From assembly GCA_905178155.1 (NCBI GenBank), contig CAJINV010000003.1:9679979-9743978 (forward strand): a stretch of 64,000 bases of DNA. Reading direction: 5' to 3'. The stretch is from Amoebophrya sp. A120 (Eukaryota > Protista > Dinoflagellata). The notes beneath the pieces are model-generated. The model searched no databases, was not told the origin of the DNA, and was given only the letters and a program-made list of their open reading frames with translations. Numbering within the stretch: the stretch's first letter is position 1; each line of letters begins with the position of its first letter. Below are positions 59,401 through 64,000 of this stretch, in pieces. The position numbers were made by a program, and so were the translations under genes.

Positions 59401-62400
59401 AGTCACCATGCGAAAGATTGTTTCTGCGTACATCAAGTGCTTCCATTTTCTCGAAGCAGTCTTGCGCTCCCGGGGCCCGGCACGCTGGTGCCGGCGCTCG
59501 AACGACGAGAGGACCGCGCCCACGAGAACGGGGCAGCGCGTGCTCACCTCGTCCGATATCAATCGATTAGGGTGGTGGGTATGTCGGGCTGCGCCGGGCT
59601 CGCAGCAAGGTGCGGGACCAAGTAAGGCGGCAACAACAGAGTCGGCCGGTCCTAATGAAACAGCGACAAATAAGGTGGGCGCCTGCTTCTCTGCAGACCA
59701 TGCGCGCGCGGGACTGCTCCCGTGGGCCTTCCGTGCCTTTGCAGCATAAAGCGAAACGGGCGACCCTTCATATATAAAGGTCACGCCCGGAGGGCGATAG
59801 GGGTCGCGTGTCCAGCCGGGGGCTGGGCTTCTTGGCCCCCGGGGGCGCCATCCCTTCCCAAGTGGCGCGCCTGGCGCGGCAAGGGCCCCGCCGGTATGCC
59901 GAAAAATCTGCGCCAGTTTGCCGGGCCGGCAGTCGGCCGAAGCTAGGAGCCCGGGGGAATCGGCGCGACGTGCTGAACGCTGCGCATACCGCCAGGCCAA
60001 CAGTCCTCGGACAAAATCGGGCCAATGCTTCCGGGGGTCGGGCACGGCCTTCCCAGGAGACTCGATTCGGGCCAGAGGATTGCAATGGCCTTCCAGGGGG
60101 TCTCTCTGAGGTAGCCAGCCTGGTCGATTCGGCCCGAGGCAGCGATCTCCGGCGGCCCGATCTGGGCCAGCGGACTCCTGCAAGGGTTTTGGGCGCCTTT
60201 CCGGAGGCACCTCCGGGCCGAATCGCTCCTCCACCCCTAGGGGAGCAGCCGTCGCAGGCGGCGCGATTTGTTTGGGCCACCGCATTCCGGCGGAGGTTTT
60301 GAAATCCCTGCAAGACTTCTGGGCAAGTCGGCCCCCCGTCCTAGGGACGCAGCCTTCTGAGGCGGCCCGGTTTGGGCCGCCGTCTCTCGCAGCCCGATTT
60401 TGGGCCAGGGGCCCCATGAAGGATCTCGGACTGCGTGTCGGAGTCATCTCCGGACTCCTCTGGCCGAATCGCCTCCCAGTAAACAAGGGGGTAGCCGTCG
60501 CAGGCAGCGCGACTAGGGCACACGGGTGCCCCGTAAGATCTAGATCTTCCCGGGCCCCTATGGCCAAATCGGCCCCCGGCCCTTGGGAGGGCAGCGGCCT
60601 CGGGTTCCCGAGCCGCGGATTTCCCGATACGCTTTTGCAATCCTTGAAGGAGCCCTCTGTTCCGGAGAGACCTCCGACGGCCCGATTTGGGCAAGGGGGC
60701 CTACAGGAAGGCTTTCGGGATCCTTCTCGGAATCAGCCGGCCCAAATTGCATCGCCTAAGTCGACCGCTTCTCGTGGATCGGGGGCCGATTCGACCACAG
60801 GACTCCGACCCAATACATAGAGTCGCCGAGGCGGGGGTAGCGGGGCTGCTGGCGCCTTCTTGCTCTGGTGGGGCTGCGTCACGATGTTGATTCGTCCGGG
60901 CGCCCCGCGCCCTCGTGGGTCGTGTAGGGCTGCACGGGGTGGCGGCCAACAAGGAAGCGCCGCCAACTCTGCTAACTGTAGGCCGCCCATCGCCGAAAGC
61001 CAGCCCCGAAGGTCTGGGGTCGGAAAAGGATCAAAAATTGGCCGGCCAACATCCTGGGCTTGCCGCGCTTTCTCTTTTTCGAGCTTCATTTTGGAGGGCG
61101 CCACCTTTGCTAAGCTTTTTCGCAACAGGAGCCGGCGAAAAGGTGCCCGCTTCAGCGGCCGCCCAAGTTGTTCGCTCCGAAATCGCCCGCGGCCGCGCCG
61201 TGCGGCTACGCTGTTCTGATTTCGCACGCGAATTTTTTTTTTTTGAAACCGGCGCGGAAGTCCAAAACCGCCGGAAACCCTTCAGCGGGCGCTCCCGAAA
61301 AGCGCCCCGTTTGCTTACTGCCAGAGCGGAGCGGTTCTGTGATCTAATTGCGTGCCAAGGGTAGCTGACTCCTTGGAGGTGCTGGGGTCAGAGCGGCGCC
61401 GTGCCCAGGGGCTTGACGCGATGCGCCTGCCGGGCTCGGAGGGGCGTTGCTTTTCTGTGCGCCGTACCGACACCCCTGCCGTTAATCCCAGTCCGCGTGC
61501 CCTGGCGCATAGATGCAGGAAAAATCGCGGCAAAAGCTTCGCAGCTTTTCGACATCGCAAACACACCTACTCTACACAGCTATGGCCCCGCCTGGGTCCT
61601 CGACCGGCCCGGCCCGATGGGCCCCCAAATGCGGATTGGCTTTCGGTGGCAGGTGCGTTCTTTTGTTTTTTCAGTCAAAAGAGCGCAGCCTCTGCGCTGC
61701 CCGCCACCTTGGAAGTTGCCCACTTGGGCTGCCGCTTCTGCGGCCTTCAAAAGTCGGCAAAAATGGCGCCAAGAGCATGCGCACTTGCGCTTCTGCCTTC
61801 TTGGCAATTTTTGGGCACCCAGTTCTGGGCGCTTCAAATCTTGCGCCGGGCGCCTCAGAAGGGCGCCCCTGTTGCCGACTTCCCTGTGTAGATTTGTCAA
61901 GCGGCAATCGATAGAATTCCCTCGGGCTTGTTTGGTAGCAAATCTTCGGCTGCTTGATAAGTGATGAGTTTAGATGTGTCAAAACTCTGCCGGCGGCTTG
62001 AAAATTTTCGGCAGTTTTTTTGCTGTCCTGGCGGAAAAAAAACCGCCAGGCTAGAATGCTCGTGACCTTACTAAATATTACGCTCCAGAAAGAAGCGTCC
62101 TCACCGGAGTCGGTCCTCTCCGGAAAGAAATTCTCACCAGAGTCGGGCCTCTTCGGAAAGAAGCGTCCCGGTTTGGAAATCCAGGCAGGAATCTTCTCAG
62201 GAATCCTATCTGGAATTCCTTCGCCCACCATATTGCCCTCCTAGTGTTGGGGAACGGCCGCGGAAATAAGAGGTGTGACGACGAAAAACGCGCGCCCGGC
62301 TAACGTGCGTCGAGTCGGGTAACGGCCTTCCACAGGGTCCAGACCAGAAATGTGCGCCGGCTTTTCGGGTCAGCTACTTTGGGCAAAAACCGCTATAGCT

Positions 62401-63315
62401 TCTTGCGCTTTGCCCGTTTTGAAACGGAGCCGCAACGCGTTACCTCGCTGGCCACAAACCGCACGGCGGTCCGCGGGGTTTGTGCGCTTCTGTTAAACTG
62501 CGCAACGCACCTGCTAAAGCGGAGTCGCCCACTCCCCGGGAAATGCTTTTTGCCCTTACAGGGGCGGACGCGTGTACTTTTGAGGGCTGAGAGCGTCACT
62601 TTCTGCAAAAATGAAACCGCTGCCGACGGTGAGTGCTTTGCCAGTTATACTATACTTAGCTCAGGTAAGTGCGTGGCCATTGGTCGGGCGTCTACAAAAA
62701 AATCCGCGCCGGGAACTGGGACGACTGGCTGGCCGGTCAGGCCAATGAAGTGGTAGCACCGGAGGGTAGGCGAATGCGTGCCAGTTAGCATCTATAGAAG
62801 CACACCAAGTAAAGCGGTAGAGGCGGACAAATAGTCGCGGAGCCACAGCTGATGGCTCACAGCGCTCAGACCAGCCTGGCGCGTGCACTGCTGCGAAAAT
62901 GTGCGCGGGGTCGCGAACGTATCCGCAGGCAAACAAGGCTCCACAGAAGCGAGAACGCGTAGACGTATCGTGGTCCGTTAAGTGCCCCTATTTTCACGAG
63001 CGTGCGCTCCCTTTCTAGAATATTTTGGCAGCGGGCCAGTTTTGACTGGAGGCACCATGTTGAAACATGAGCCCCGGTGAAGTGCTACACTTGCAAACAA
63101 GCACAACGCATATCGGAAATGTGCCCGCCGAATGGTGCAACTTTCGCCATGCGCTACCCTCCTGTAAGGAATTATAATTACGACGTACCTTTTTTCTTTC
63201 CTCGTCGGCTTCCACGGTTTTTTCCGTAAGCGCGTCAGACAGACCTGTAAGCCGGACGTCAATCTCCTTGCGAAGTTGTTTCCGGATGCTCGATTTCTCC
63301 TTCAGCACAACAGAC
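50448..63315 (-). CDS. CFAP58: Cilia- and flagella-associated protein 58, 3' portion; exons ~63315-63189, (~59466-59408 tentative), ~59090-59017, 58683-58620, 58376-58279, ~54637-54462, 53624-~53535, ~52420-52052, 51274-51099, 50915-50448; continues 5' towards the window end
   Basis: Motifs LLRE|RDILNKN, LYDAVVSDR|NMYSKNL, QLIRRNEEL..LYE, NPMN|VHRWRRLEGSDP, LQRRLI.KTEEV and IQEKEKLY..LKNILARQPG.EV.EQL. Confidence 0.9.
52424..53536. mobile_element. Inverted-repeat-bounded (introner-like) intron in CFAP58
   Basis: ACTTTCATATTGAAAAAAGCCTCC (52424-52447) is inverted as GGAGGCTTTTTTTCTTCATGATAGT (53512-53536), and both arms abut conserved coding sequence. Confidence 0.75.
52717..53328. mobile_element. 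612-bp MULE-like MITE with a perfect 9-bp TSD, nested in the CFAP58 introner
   Basis: TSD ATATTTTTC at 52708-52716 and 53329-53337. Ends GGTA.....GTAGACCAGGGCCCCTG / CAGGGGCCCTGGTCTAC.....TACC, with inverted GGGCCC subrepeat arrays. Confidence 0.9.
53750..53984. repeat. Degenerate ~235-bp foldback element in a CFAP58 intron
   Basis: GTGAGAC..GTCCGGG / CCCGGAC..GTCTCAC, plus an internal imperfect arm match (..CGAACTCCCGTT / AACGGACTTCG..). Confidence 0.5.
59890..60755 (+). pseudogene. GC-shifted leucine-rich-repeat gene relic, antisense within a CFAP58 intron
   Basis: MPKNLRQF, KLGARGNR, LRRPDLGQ, LKSLQDFWAS, LQSLKEPSVPERPP and DPSRNQPAQI match LxxLxLxxNxL repeats with CTN->CCN (L->P), TCG->CCG and AGC->GGC changes and frameshifts. 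Confidence 0.6.
62100..62162. repeat. 33-bp tandem repeat x2 (CTCACC.GAGTCGG.CCTCT.CGGAAAGAA) followed by GGAAT(C/T) subrepeats
   Basis: Seen directly in the sequence. Confidence 0.75.
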
Positions 63316-64000
63316 CTACGAAAAACGATAAGAAAAAAAGCTACTCTATCTGCGAGCATGAGGGAATCTTGGATATTGCAGTCCGTTTCGGTAGTTCCCA
63401 GGCGTCGACATTCTTTTGGATAGTTTGCAGATACCAAACGGCACTTGCAGACTTGTCCACTTGTAGCAATGAAGTGGCGATGTGGAAAAGTAGCCGTAGC
63501 AAGGAATCGCGACCAAGAGTCGCGGACCTTCTGTCTCCGAAGCGCGCTAAGCCTTCTCGCATGCTATGGCCCCTCCAGGCCCCCAGTTAGGGCGGGCACC
63601 ACTGGCGGGCACACAACATGCGGCCTGTCTCACGGGACTGGGCGAGTTTTGCGCTTTTACGTGTTATTCATCAAATGCGCGTAAGGAAGAGCTCCCGAAA
63701 CACAAATAGGCGCCCAGAGCGGCCGCTTTATTGGCCTCAGAGAGAGGGCGGCAACGCTGCCAATACCAAGCGGATCGCCGTTTTTTTTGCGCTTCTGCTT
63801 TTTTCGTGCCCTTCTTTGGTCACCCCAGTTCAGCGAATGCAATGCGCTGGGTGTCTAGGAAGGGAAAGGGCGCCGCCTTGCAGGCTCCACCGCGTCTCTT
63901 TCCTTGTAATGGAAGTCAGTGAGCTTTGTTTGACAACGACCCCGGCGCGCAAGAAGATTGATGGTCCGCCGTAGATGTTCTGTTGTGAACATGATTCAAA

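Overview
Eukaryotic, intron-containing genomic DNA. It is most consistent with an alveolate of the Amoebophrya/early-dinoflagellate type; this is inferred from gene content, single-strand gene organisation and intron structure, not proven. All recognisable intact genes lie on the minus strand: RACK1, a LITAF-domain protein, a DUF273-like glycosyltransferase, NCBP3-like, RRP9 and the 3' part of CFAP58, plus several hypothetical ORFs. Short introns are GT-AG, but their donors are 'GTA' with almost no +5 G. Several long introns have no canonical boundary at the position homology requires, and some of these are bounded by inverted repeats (introner-like; clearest at 37078-37776 and about 52424-53536). 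Long introns and intergenic space are filled with nested non-autonomous TIR elements: one with an 8-bp TSD and a central palindrome, MULE-like MITEs with 9-bp TSDs, a hairpin-ended element with no TSD, and a CTTCAGAAG-motif family. The most unusual signal is an apparent directional A:T->G:C hypermutation of this repeat and cargo DNA. It shows in LRR gene relics whose conserved Leu/Ser/Asn/Asp codons have become Pro/Gly/Arg codons, and in TIR and repeat copies that differ by AT->GC transitions. Most short ORFs in the supplied track are artefacts of this GC-rich DNA. All alignments were done by eye and homologue sequences were recalled from memory; no database search was run.
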